A stretch of DNA of 64,000 nucleotides from Octopus sinensis (Eukaryota), in NCBI RefSeq assembly GCF_006345805.1, contig NC_043004.1, positions 77,996,001 to 78,060,000 of the forward strand. The letters run 5' to 3'. Shown in pieces: positions 50,731-64,000 of the stretch. The notes below the pieces were generated by a model. It was not told where the DNA came from, searched no databases, and saw only the letters and a list, made by a program, of their open reading frames with translations. The first letter of the stretch is position 1. The number at the start of each line of letters is the position of its first letter. The position numbers and the translations under genes are program-made.

Positions 50731-53700
50731 GAGTGTGTGTGTGTGTGTATGTATATATGAGTATAGGCATGTGTGTGAGAGTGTGAGTAGATGTATGTGT
50801 GTGCACACAATATTTCGTTTAGATTTAAATGGTGTCTATTTAATTTTACAGAGGAAGTGAAGCTTGACGTAAGTTTTTCAATGCTTATTAAACATCAAAT
50901 GGCAATGGAGAGAGACAACTTCAATACACAACAGCATGTAATAAAATGAAACCACAGCAGGAAAGGAGATTACATATGTTGTTTATGCTCCACAAACCAA
51001 ATAAACACACAGATGTTTGAACAGATTTCAAAATGGCAATCTAGGTTGCCTGAAATAAAAAGCATAAAGAATAGAGTACAATATATTATATATACATATA
51101 TATATATTTATACACACACACAGAAAGGTGAGGAGAGAGAGTATATATATTCGAGTAACATTGATGAATGCATGTTTAGTGTAAAACATACTGATGATCT
51201 ATATATAGAAACTGTAGCCAGATCACCTCCATTTAATACCCTGCTGCTTTACGTAAAATGTGACATGTTTGATAATGTAGTCTGACATACCCCCAAATGC
51301 ATGTTGATGGTCATGGTTCGAAGGCTTTGATCATAGATCTCTCTCTCTCTCTCTCTCTCTCCCTCTCTCTCTCGATATATATATATATATATGTGTTATA
51401 TATACTATATTAATATTTATACAATACAGTATTATAGACCCATTTATATATACATTGCTATATATATTCATGTCCATGCAATATTGTATTATATAGGCAT
51501 TTATATATACATGTTATATGTACAGTTACAACACTGATTTCCCAAATAGGGATTATCAGAAGTCTGGAACTTTCTATAATCAGCGTTAATTTTTACTAAT
51601 CTACAGTTACCTGAATTTTATTTCATTTATTAAATAAATTTAATATTCATTTAATTTAGAGTGTGTTAACTAAGGTGACCTACCACCCCTGGTTTGGAAA
51701 AATCAGTAATCTGGAAAAGACTTAGTACTGAAGATTCTAGGGGGAAAAAAAATCATTGTTGTACCTGTATATTAATATTATACACACATTCATACATATA
51801 CATTATTATTATTATATACATTGATACCCTGTGCCGGTGGCATGTGTAAAAGATTCGAGCGAGGTTGTTGCCAGTACTTCCTGACTGGCCCTGTGCCCGT
51901 GGCACGTAAAAGCACCCACTACACTCTCAGAGTGGTTGGCATTAGGAAGGGTATCCAGCTGTAGAAACTCTGCCAGATCAGATTGGAGTCTGGTTCGTCA
52001 GACCTCAGTCAAATCGTCCAACCCATGCTAGCATGGAAAGCGGATGTTAAACGATGATGATGATGATGATATTCATACAATACAGTATTTTACACTCAGC
52101 CCCTATGGGCCATCAGCTTTTTCCACCCAGTATTCTACATGCTAATGTATATAGATCTCTATCATATACACCCCATTAAAAGCAATTTTACAATATGCTT
52201 TTAATATATACGATATACCCTACATAATGTATACCAGCTAATAATATTTGACTAACGACTTCTTACATAAACACACAGCATAAGATTTTGCTTGCATTTA
52301 TAATTAATTGTACATAAAGCTTCAAGTGGTTCAGCATTGCAGTAAGATTTTAGCAAACTGGTCTGTGACCTAGTTTTGGTTTTCATTTTAAGGCTTCACT
52401 TCATATGCAGTGCAAATGCTCTTGTACGAATAACTAACCCTTTCCCCTTCTCCTCAAAATCCCTGGCTTTATACAATTTACATTAGGAAACCTAATTATA
52501 TCAAGAACCTTATGGACACACACACACAAATGCACATACATGTTAGGCATGCATTCCATGGCAGAGTTATGGATTAGTCCCTTAATTAGAAACTAAAGAT
52601 AACCAATTTAGATATTTGGGGATTTAATTAAGACCAGTATGACCTTAATCTTCCCCTGCTATTAGGTTAAATGCTGCAATCATGGCATTGGAGTTGGTAA
52701 TCGAACAAGATTAACCTAAATACTAATTCACACTGAATGAATGAGATTAACTTAGGCTTGACTCTTTCATCGTTTTTTTTTTTTTTACTGAGTGATGTAA
52801 GAGCATGATGGGAAAATGAATCACATGACACATTCAAGTGAGGTCTAATGGACCACAGAAACATGTGTAAACTTATTACAGTCTGTATTTCAATAACAAA
52901 TACAGTTTTAATAAATTTCTATATAGAGAAGCTCTATTTTATATAAACATTGATAAATTCACTCTGTTCTGAAGATCAATGAGAGTGAAAGACAGAAATT
53001 CTGAATAGAATTTGGTAAATAGTATCTGTTCTATGTGTGTATGTACACACATAACAAGCTTTTATTCATGCTGCATTCTTCATAAATTATTTGCTGTTTG
53101 CTTAATGATACCTGATGAAAGACAAACATGAAAATTAAGCTATCCTCCATGGTAACAGCTGCATTGCAGACTGCTTTATATGGCAGCTGAACACTCTATG
53201 TTGTTGACTTAGCATTTAGTACACCTTTCTTGTTCTCTGTTGTTCAAATTCATGCAATGCCTATGACCCTTTATAGGGCCCCCAAACCAATTGGGTGGGA
53301 GGTATTCTTAAACCTAGCAATAAGGTCATCATCATTATTGTCATTTAACATGTTTTCCATGCTGGCATGGGTTGGATGGTTTGACAAGGAACTGGCAAGT
53401 GAAAGTGCTGCACCTGACTCTATATATTTATTTATATATATTCATTGTTGTACCTGTATATTGATATTATACAATTCAATATTATACACACATCCATACA
53501 TATACATCATTATATACATTGATATTCATACAATTCAGTATTTTACACCCAGCTCCTATGGGCCATCAGTTTTTCCCACCCAGTATTCTACATGCTATTG
53601 TCTGTTTTGGCATGGTTTCTATAGCTGGATGTCCTTCCTAACATCAACCACTTTACAGCGTACTGGGTGCTTTTTACATGGCACCAGCACAGGATCCACA

Positions 53701-55956
53701 AAAAGCAGCAAAAGTGCCATAGAGTAAAGGTGTTAAACTGGGCAATGGATTAAGTCCACCACTCCATGTAGACCACAGCAGGATTTAAATGTAGATCACA
53801 GTCAGGCAGAACAAATACCATTGGCATTAGGAAGGGCTTCCAGCCATAGAAAATGTGGCCAAAGCTGGCAGTGGAGTTTGGCCCTGGATCCTGTCAGTGT
53901 CCAACCATGGAAAATGAACATTATACGAGGATGAGAATATACATTAGTGAGAAGCACACACATGCTTACAAATACACAGGCATCTTTTTTTATAATAATA
54001 ATAACAATCCTTTCTACTAAAGGCACAAAGCCTGCAATTTGGGGGCAGGGGACAAGTCGATGACATCGACCCCAGTACTTAATTTATTGACCCTGAAAGG
54101 ATGAAAGGCAAAGTCAACCTCAGCAGAGTTTGAACTCAGAACCTAACAACAATGATAATCACAATCAGTTCAGTAAGAACTTACTGCCCTGAAAAAACAT
54201 GAATATTATTAGATGAAGAGAGTGAGGAAAAAAAAACTCCAAAAAAAACTAGAATTGGCAAAAAACATGAAAGACACACACCCAATGATTGGGAGGGGGT
54301 GGGGGTTGTAAAAAAAATGTAAAGACTGGCAAGAGACACAAGGTGGAGCAAACAGAAATGAAAGAAAATTTGTTGATAAGAACCGAAGAAAATTAGATTT
54401 CATAGATGAGATTAAGTAAAATACGGAAACCTGGAAGTATACAAAAGTAGGTTATGCATGAAAATCTGGATGCAGAGAGATGTAGGCATGTATGGAAACC
54501 TGGAATTGTAGAAAAATTAATTATGATGAAAAAATGTGTGTATCATCATCATCATCATCTCCTGCACATTATTGTCTCAAATTCAATGACTCAAAGAGCT
54601 GGTTACCCATTTGGCATGGAATATTGACTGAGATCGCAACTGTCCAAAATGAAACTGGAGCAATGTGAAATGAAATGGTTTTCTCAAGAACACAAAGCGC
54701 CACCAACTTTGGGAATCACAATCATGCTCTTGCGATTGTGAGTGTGACACCCTGATCAATAAACCAGCCACCTTCATTAAAAGACTACACAAACACAGGT
54801 GCAGGGGTATAGTTAAGATGTCCACTTTGCAAATTAGTTAGTTTTCAGGTTCAATTCCACTACGTGGTACCTTGGACAAATTTCTATGTCATAGTCTCAG
54901 GTCAATTCAAAACTTTGTGAGTGGAATTGATTAAATGGTAATCTGTCACCTGGTTAATTCTTCCTATAATTCAAAGATCCAGTCTTGTAACTCAATGTAA
55001 CAAGATTCCTCATCATTAACACATAACAACCCTTTTTCAGGCTTGCATGGATTGGACAGCCTGACAGGACTGGCAAGGACAGGGGCCACATCAGGTTCCA
55101 CAGTTTGTTTCGGTTTGGTTTCTACAGCTGGATGCCCTTCCTAATGCCAACCACTTTACAGAGTGTACTGGGTGCTTTTTACTTGGTACCATCAGCAGTG
55201 CTTGTTATGTGATCCCAGCCCCCACATCAATGCTAGAATAAGTAAGGGGACACATGTCCACGGAATACTCAACCACTTCGTTTATAATTCAATGAATAAA
55301 TATTTCAGTCAAAAAAAATCAACTGAAATATTTTTTGTCTAAATTGACAAGGGGCCATCTGTTAACCCTTTTAACATTCACCTTACTCTCTCAAATGCTA
55401 TTCTTATTTATTCACATTGTGTTGAACTAATCATGCATTACCTTATAGCTTTAAGATTTCAATGATGTGATTGTTTATTTTTAGAATGACATTGTAGGGT
55501 AGGTGTGAGAAGCTGGATCTGGCTGGTTTGAACATAAAACCAAAAGAATATTTTGGGGCAGATATGGCAAGTTTAAATTCAAAAAGGCTAAGGTCCACTT
55601 CTCAGTGTTTGCTCAGCTGGATGTCCTTCCTGTCACCAACCTTCACCTGTTTCCAAGAAAGATACTATTTCCCCAGGGCTGAACATGTGTTTTCCACAAA
55701 AGACAGCAAATGAACAACACCCCTTGTATGATGTTGTATGATGTAGCTTTTTCAGAAAACGAAAAAATAGTTTCATCATTCCATAGCAAGACCGCTGTAC
55801 TACACTTTGATAATTTTTGATATCTTGGCATCTGAAGCAGCTGGAGATATGATAGTTTGACCAAAAGAACCAGCTATCGCATCCAAAAAGAAATATTGAA
55901 AAAAAAAACGCATTTGGCCAAATTTGGACATATGACAGTTTAACATAATAGCAATG

Positions 55957-55987
<31 letters not shown>

Positions 55988-56604
55988 CAACAGACTTCTT
56001 TCAGTATCTGTCTACCAAATCCACTGAAAAAGCTTTGGTCAACCAGGGGCTAGAGTAAAAGATACTTGCTGAAGGTGCTATGCAGTGGAACTGAACTCAG
56101 AACCATGTGGTCGAGAAGCAAACTTATTACCATACACATACACACATGATGGGCTTCTTTCAGTTTCCATCAACTGAATTCACTCACAAGGCTTTGGTTG
56201 GTTCATTAGATGACCCTTGTCCAAGTTGCCATGCAGTGGGACTGAACTCAAGACAACATGTTTGGGAAGCAGGCTTCTTAACCACACAGCCATACCCCAG
56301 ACAATTCTTCCTTTTAATCTTTGCTCATTTGAAACAAGACTTATTATTACTGAATTCAAATATAAAACATTTCATTGATTTTGTCTTTCATAAGTCAATA
56401 ATAAATAACTGGCTTTTGGCGTAGATTCACATAAAGCAAAATCAGAGTATATAAAACCAAAGCTAAAACGGACAGACTGGAGTTTATAGAGAGAAACTGT
56501 AGAGGAATCCAGAGAGAGAGAGAGGGGGGGGAGATTATTAACCAACAGGTCAATAGTTTATATCAGTGCATGTCTTGTAAAAACAATTCTTAACAGACTC
56601 ATAT

Positions 56605-56960
56605 CATCATCATCATCATCATCATCATCATGTGGCTGAGCTTACTTGGATATTTTTAATCCATGGATACCATCCATCTCAGTCCTGCATTAATTGAGGT
56701 AGGTCTTGGGTGGGGGGTGGGGGCATCTAATGTCTCTGATGAGTTGGTCTACAGGCATTGTGTTCAGACGACCTGCTCAACCATGGCCATGCTTTGGCTG
56801 GCATCCATTGCCAGCTCTTGTTTCCCTTACCAGCAATATCCCACAAAGCGCCAGCGCCTTTCCCTTATAATGGTTGACACAGGCAGGAGATCTCCATTCA
56901 GCTGCTTTCTTGGTGGGAGGAGTTCTCCAAGACATGTTTAAGACTGTTCTGTCACAAAAA
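56605..56960 (-). mobile_element. Old RTE/RTEX-type LINE 3' fragment
   Basis: Decayed RRWRFVGYCW.GKQELA...QPKHG...GR...VDQLIRD followed by a (GAT)n tail. Confidence 0.6.
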
Positions 56961-58191
56961 TCAAACTCCATCCAATTACTTCAAGTCACTGTCAATGCTA
57001 TTCTTGTAAAAGAATGATCTTTATATATATATATATATTATATATATATATAACAGGCTTCCATGTAGTTTCCATCTACCAAGTTTACTCACAAGGGATT
57101 GGTCTGCTTCAGGTTATAGTAGAAAACACTTGCCCAAGGTGCTGTGCAGTGGGACTGAACCTGAAGCCATGTGGTTGGGAAGCAAGGTGACTAAAAAAAG
57201 ATTAAATATAAACAGATAGCAGATTAACCCAACAACTGATAACAAATTATTTCTGCTTAAATTTATTAGAGCGAGCTCAAAGAAATCTTTTGTATCTATT
57301 CACAGAATTATTCTGGCTTTAAAAACAAATAAACTTCAAAATTTTTCTCTCACATCACTGAACTACTATTTATCAAGTAACAAAATTAAAATCTATTTCA
57401 AATTCTAATTACAGATTTCTGCTACAAATCTGTCTGGGAGATATAAATCCAATCTGAAGCCAACATGCCAAATATATTCCAGCTTATATAACATACAGCC
57501 ATAAAAGAAGATCAAAATTTTTGTTCTGTCTCATCAGATTCCATGAAGAAGACTTCCACAGTAACATTCAGAAGCAACATTGGTTTCAAACTTCGGCACA
57601 AGGCTAGCAATTTCAGGGAAGGACAGAATTTGATTACATCAACCTCAAGTACTTATTTTATCAACCACAAAAAGATGAAAAGCAAAGATGAAAGACCTAA
57701 GCAACATTTGAACTCAGAATCTAATGTCAGCATTTTGTTTGACATAGCCATGATTCTATCAGCTCCCTGCTTTATTCAGGACTAAAACTGGTTTCACATT
57801 TTGGCACATGGCCAGCAATTTCGGGAGAGGGGCCTAGTTGAATACATCAACCCCTGTGCTCAACTGGTTCTTATTTTATCAATGCCAAGAGGATGAAAGT
57901 CAATGTTAACCTTGGCAGAATTTGAACTCAGAACATAGAAACAGATGAAATATTGCTAAGCAGTAACAATGCTGCCAGCTCACTGCCTTATTCAGGACCA
58001 ATATTAACAAGATTTTCTTCTAAGGTTTCACAGAACCCAGATTATCAAAACCCTTCATTCTTTATCATCCTCACTGCCCAGCTCTGGAGAAATATCCCCT
58101 TACTTGGAAACAAGTGAAGTTTAGCAACAAGAAGGTCATTTAGCCATAGAAAAACCTCAATAAATTCTATTTGATTCATGGAAAAGTGGAT

Positions 58192-58224
<33 letters not shown>

Positions 58225-59649
58225 AGACATTTTCTTTCTAGAAATAACTTCTCTCTAAAACTTTTATTTCATTTAATGTCTTATTAAAATTAGGGTAACG
58301 TTGTTGTTCTTGTTGTTGGTAGAGGTGGAAGCTTTCCATAAATTATAGTTGTGTGTTCTGTAATTCTTGGGAAATTGTGTAAATGTTGCAGAGCTAAATA
58401 AGCTTTGAGAAACACTGAGATTGTGCATTTGAAGGATATGTTTCGGTGCCAAACAACAGCAATGGAAGCAGATAGAAGACACAGATATTCAGGAAATGTT
58501 CTTATCGACTGAGTTTGACAATATCAGCATTCTAAAAGAAAGAACTGGTTCAGCAGTTTTTGTTTTCTTTTGGCGGGGGTGACATCATCCAGGAGATTGT
58601 CACTTAAAAACTTCCTCTTTACGGAAAGGTCACAGAATTTTTGGCGGTTCATCAGATGACAATTTATGCATGTCAAATGTCGTTCTGCCGGCCGGCCGGC
58701 ATTTGTCAGCAGACTTTTATTGAACATAAATGTAAAGAGAAGCATATCTTTGCTAGAATAAAAAAGCATGGAGAAACAAGACTAAAGTATTTCAAACAAA
58801 TGCTCCTCCATAAATTAGAACATAATAACAAGGGCAAATGAGGAGGAGGGAGGAGGGGAGTGTTAGCCTATTATGGCACACAACTGATGCAAGGGCTGTA
58901 TTTTTATCAGTCCCAGAACTTTGAAAGGCAAATTGAACACTGGTAGGATTTGAACTTATACGTGGGAGCAAATGTGATAAAAACCATTTTCTCTGCAACT
59001 CTAACAGTTTTGCCAATGGAATTTCTTCAATTTGTTAAATCTTTTCTTAGATTTTTTTTCTTTTTTTTTTGCATGTTTCACAATACATTAGACAGTCGTT
59101 TTGTTTTCTTTATTTTTTGAAGAATTCACTTTAGCAATTGGTATCTTTTGTAAAGATTCACTTTTTATTTAATCGTTTTGTTTGTGTCTATGTGTGTGTG
59201 TGTGTGTGTGTTTGTGTGTGTCAGAAAAAGCAAGAATTTCTCAAGACATTTCTAAAAGCTAACCAATATGAAAGTGTTTTGTTTTGCTTTTCTATCTTAA
59301 AAGTGCACTGAAAGTAATGAAACGATATGGCCTGTAAAACTACAACAGACTAAATAAAAAAATATTTTATAAAATATAATTATATCTAACACAAAAACTT
59401 CACAGACGAAAACTTTGCAATTAACTGGTTTTTGTATTAAAAAAAATATTTCATAAAAAAACAAAAAATTTTTTGCTAATCTTATGATTATTTTGAAAAG
59501 CTAAATTACATCCATAGAACACTCGCCTTTACAAGATTAATAAGTCAACAATCTTGATATAAAATGTTTTTTAAAGTTGTTTTAAGAAAAATTTATACAT
59601 TTATACACATACATATATATCTATATATTTATTATTCTTAAACAAGAAT

Positions 59650-59811
59650 ATTACTGATAGTGACTTCGAAGTTTCAACCAACAAAGCTATTGAAGTTTCG
59701 GTCAGCTAAACCATCGTCACATGATGGCTTAACTGGCTGAAACTTCGAAGTCACTATCAATAATGATAAATTCATACTCTAAAAAGGATAGAGTAACTCA
59801 TCAGATTAATG
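59650..59811 (-). ncRNA. Two tandem degenerate hammerhead motifs
   Basis: Minus strand cattaat-CTGATGA-gttactcta...tagagtat-GAAT-tta-TC-attattg, followed by TGACGAt-ggtt tagct gacc-GAAA...acttcgaagTC-actatcagtaat with palindromic stem III ACTTCGAAGT. Confidence 0.55.
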
Positions 59812-62548
59812 TAAAATTGTTTTTATTATAATTGAACGTAAAAACAAACATGAACAATATATATATATATATATATTATAGAAATATATATACACATATA
59901 TAAACACACACACACACATATATAGAAACAGAGAATTAAGCTTTTAGCTCAGAGGAATTCAGAAGTTATAAGAATATTCAGACTTTTGCCAAGAAATTAT
60001 CAAAGAATCTTGATTGTATCTTGTCTGTAGAAGAACTGCTTTATTTGTGCTGATTCTACAGAAGACTAATCTATTGTATTCAACTAAACAATTCCTGAAT
60101 TAAATAAAACAAAAGCATTTCTTCCTTTGGAAAGTAAAACAAACAAAAAAAAAATGAAAAGTACATGAAAAAAATATGAAAATTTTGGTGAATCTCAGAA
60201 TTTGTTTATAAAGAAAAGATTTTCCAAAACAAACCAACTCTGATGTCATTTATCCCTACCTGTCTATTTGTTTCGCTAACATGTTATATAATTTATTACG
60301 TAAACAATAAAGCTGATTTTTAAGAATCTATTTTCTATGAGTTGATAAGGAAGCAGAATAAAGGAATTAAGACCTCCCCACCCCACCAAAAAATAATGTA
60401 ATTAAAATAATGTATTACAGACCCTTGTGTGGAGCAGTGATATCCACAAGTGTGCCATAACCAGGAAGAAAATTCTTAACAAGAAGAGTGGCAGTGACGC
60501 CACAATTCTGATTTTCTCGAGTTGAAGAATTGTTGTTGTTATACATCCAGTCATATCTTTTATCCCTGATTGAAATCCTATTGGAAATCAGAGCAGCCAG
60601 TTTAGCTAGGAATCCAAGAGACAGAGAATGAGAGAGAGAAGACTAAACCTTCACAGAGAAACTGTATGAGCACCTCAAGTTGATAATAAACTATATATTT
60701 TGATAGCAAGTAAAAAATGCCATGCCCCCATCACTATAAATAAATGAACTAGTCTGCTCATATCAGCTGCTGGCAGCAAACACATTCTCTCTGAGAGTGA
60801 GAGAGTGAGAGAGAGAGAGAAACAAAAGGCAGAGAGGAAATGGATGAGGGTTACTTTTGGGACAACCATGAGAAAAGCAGAACTTAAAAAGATGAGCATC
60901 TCATTGGTTGCACTGTTAGCATCTGGTAGGTATCCAACCAGGCACCTCACCCCACCCTCCGTCTCTCTCTCTCTCTCTCTCTCTCTACCATTAAATCTTT
61001 CTCCTTGGTTTCACCAACCACTTCACTCACAAACAAGTTCTTTTCATATCAGTGAAGAGCTGTAAAAAAACAAACCAACTGCAGAGGAGAAGAAATGAAT
61101 AAAAAAAAAAAACACCCACAAAAACCAATAGAAATATCTACATAAATAAACATTATCTTACATTAGAGAAATATCTTTAACCTTTTACTTGCTACAGTTG
61201 TAGGACAGTAGCCATGCTGGGGCACCAACTTGGAGGGTGTAGTCAAACACATTGACCCCCAATACTTGTTTTAAGCCTGATAATTATTTTATCAGTTTCT
61301 TTTGGCAAACCACTAAGTTACATGGACAGAAACAAACAAACACCAATTGTCAAAAGAGGGGACAAACACACACATCATCATCATTTAACGTCTGTTGTCC
61401 AAGCTGGTATCTGTTGGATGGTTTGACCAGGGATGGTAGTTTCTACAGCTGGATGCCCTTCCTAACGTCAACCACTCCGAGAGCGTAATGGGTGCTTTTA
61501 CATACCACTGGCACAGGTGCCATTTGCATGACACTGGTATCTGCCGTGACTGCAATTTTGCTAGGTTTATTGGGTCTTTTTCTCAAGCAGGACATAACTT
61601 AAATTGAAGTTTTGTTAGAATATGAAATACTGCATTATTTACCCCGAGAGAACCTCTCATAAACACTCATGGTGCATAAAGGCACTAAAAACCATATCAT
61701 TAACAGATTGTGTGCTTTTATTTGCCACAATTCCTTATGAGATTTTTCTCTCAAGGTAAGTAATGCAGTGTCCAGTATTCTAGCACAAACCCCCCACATT
61801 AATATTGTATTCAATTTATTTCAAAGGCTGATGGTTCTATATTATCAACAGAGGAACCATATTGGTATAAGACTAATAATCCTTATTGATTCTGTGACTC
61901 AACTTTGATGGTAAAGTATCGTAAAATCTTGATGTGAATTTGTGTTGGACCTCATTTCTAGTTTCAAAACTTGACTTGTCTTGCTAAGTGTCGGTGGGGT
62001 TAAAAACCGTAACATCTCTGGTTCAATCCTATGGTGCCACACAACTTGGAGGCCTTCTAATATAGCCCAAGGCTGGATTTGGTGGTCAAAGACTGCAAGA
62101 ATTTCAGTGTGTGTGTGTGTGTGTTAAATTGATGCTGCCTGACCCCCCCCCCCCCCCCCACTGAGCTGGTGGAACATAAAAAGCACCAAATGAGTGTGGT
62201 TGATGCCAGTGCCGCCTGACTGGCACCTGTACCAGTGGCACGTAAGAAGCAGCCACTACACTCTTGGAGTGGTTGGCATTAGGAAGGGCATCAAGCTGTA
62301 GAAACCTTGCCAGAACAGAATGGAGACTGGTGCAGCCTCCCAACTTGCCAGTCCTCAGTCAAACCGTCCAACCCATGCCAGCATGGAAAACAGACATTAA
62401 ACGATGATGATGACTGCTTCTGTCCTTATCAGTTATTATATACGTCAGTGTTGGGCTTCCACACAGTTTCCGTTTCTGTCTACCAAATTCACTCACATGG
62501 CATTGGTCCACCTGGGGCTCTAGTAGAAGATGCTTTGCTGAAGATGCT

Positions 62549-62916
62549 TTGTTTGATTGTCTGTTGAGCGAAGTGGTCTTTGTCCCACTGTAGTGGGAGA
62601 AGTCCGAAACGTGGTCCTTTGCTATTCGTAAGACCTGGAGAAGAGAAAGCACGTCAACCCCCGACACCAAGAGCATCGACAGATGGATGAATGTGCATCC
62701 AGGCTCAGTGGTTGTGTAGGAAGTCGGGGACAAAAAACAGGAAAAAAGAGTGAGAGTAAGTTGGGGCGAAAGAGTACAACAGGGGTTGCTACCACCCTCG
62801 TGGAGCTTTAGGTGCTTTCGCTCAATAAACACACACAATGCCCGGTCTGGGAACTGAAACCGCAATCCTCCGACCGCGAGTTCGCTGCCCTAACCACTGG
62901 GCCATTGCGCCTCCAC
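62549..62916 (-). mobile_element. Young tRNA-derived SINE with 13-bp TSD, nested in a family A SINE
   Basis: TSD tgctgaagatgct at 62536-62548 and 62917-62929; head ggaggcgcaaTGGCCCAGTGGttagggc...; CpG-rich; short CAAA-type tail. Confidence 0.88.
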
Positions 62917-64000
62917 TGCTGAAGATGCTGCACAGTAGTATTGAACCCCAAACCAGGTGGTCACAAAACAAACTTCTTAACCACACTGTCACACCTGTAC
63001 CTATAAATACAGGTATATTTTCAGGTATATTTGTTTTATTTATTTTTATGTTTCTCTTTTGTGTTATTGTTTTATTTTATCCTTCAAAACTACAAACAAC
63101 ACACAAAACAATGTCTCTTATCAATTAATCAACAATAACAATAACGAAGTATCGAAGTGCACTGATGATAAATTTAGATTGGAATGACCAAAACCAGCCT
63201 GGAACACAATGACATGATTAGAATTTGATTGGTGCCAACCTGTAAACGATATTACAGGTGCAGATTAACTTGGAATATCGCATATCAAAGCTGCTATGCT
63301 TTAACAGTTCTACTGCTTGGTGAAGGATTGAGATTCCTGGCACACTTGTCTGCTAACAGCGACACCAATATGGTTGGTAAAGAACTCTCTCACAGAAAAA
63401 AAGTGGTTCCATTCTCTAAAAAAAAAAATCTTGAACTTTTGTCACTGTTTAAGATGGAGGGGAGGCTTTGTTTGTTTGTGGGGGTGGTTGTTGTTACTGC
63501 TGCTGCTGTTGCCAACACTGTCAGCAGCAGCACCACCACCATACCACCATCATGACTACCACCACTGGCACCCCCACCACCACCATTGCCATCACCATAC
63601 CTACCACTACTACTACTACCACCACCACCACTACCACCACCACCCACTACTAATGCCACTGAAGTCATTCCAATATTTTCATTTAATTAGTAAACAATTT
63701 TGATTTTAGTTTCATTAACGCCGATCTTATCCCTTGTTTTAAATAAGCATGCAAGGAATTTTCTTTCAATTCTATTTCTATGTGCTTTCTATTTGTAGAT
63801 AAAATCAGCATTTGTGTATGAAGAATATTTTTGTGGACCCAGGAGAAGAAAAATAAATTCATAAAATTGTTCAGCAGATTATGAAGGAAAGAAAGAGAAA
63901 AGAGAAAATTAGGGAACTTTGATTACAATGAAATCATAGCTCATTGGGGTAATTAACAAAGAAAGCCAATTGAAAATATATCAATTATTGATTGGAATTA

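Noticed and set aside
49864-50810. Long ORFs of 270-314 aa
   Set aside because: Translations of TA/TG/GA microsatellites with no protein-like content.
51191-51225. CTGATGA...GAAA hammerhead-like string
   Set aside because: No stem I pairing and no proper stem II closure.
53108-53145. CTGATGA...GAAA string (similar cases near 16439, 52969 and 56736)
   Set aside because: Stem II and/or stem I do not form; expected by chance.
63374-63703. His/Thr/Gly-rich ORFs
   Set aside because: Products of (CAC/TAC)n simple repeats.

Overview
This is AT-rich, microsatellite-dense animal genomic DNA. The SINE/RTE repertoire resembles coleoid cephalopods (Octopus), which is an inference and not a database result. 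The window is mostly intron of a minus-strand dystrobrevin gene. Four coding exons with canonical AG/GT boundaries and compatible phases (31337-31403, 27631-27711, 24989-25202, 16068-16153) encode the first 149 aa; no further exon was recognised in 1-16067. The introns contain a 3.2-kb 5'-truncated RTE LINE, about 20 short RTE 3' ends, three or four tRNA-derived SINE families, an R4/Dong-like REL-endonuclease fragment in (TAA)n, a DD37D mariner-like fragment, hAT/piggyBac/Merlin-like MITEs and a Helitron. The most unusual signal is about ten type I hammerhead-ribozyme motifs with the short palindromic stem III of Penelope-like elements and retrozymes. These include a near-canonical copy at 23829-23922 (+), one in a 265-bp direct-repeat-bounded unit at 40089-40140 (-, sense to the pre-mRNA), and a head-to-head palindromic element that joins a tRNA-like Pol III head to a hammerhead (19441-19792, 27821-28310). 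All structures were paired by eye; activity and novelty are untested. Most ORFs in the supplied track are microsatellite or repeat noise.
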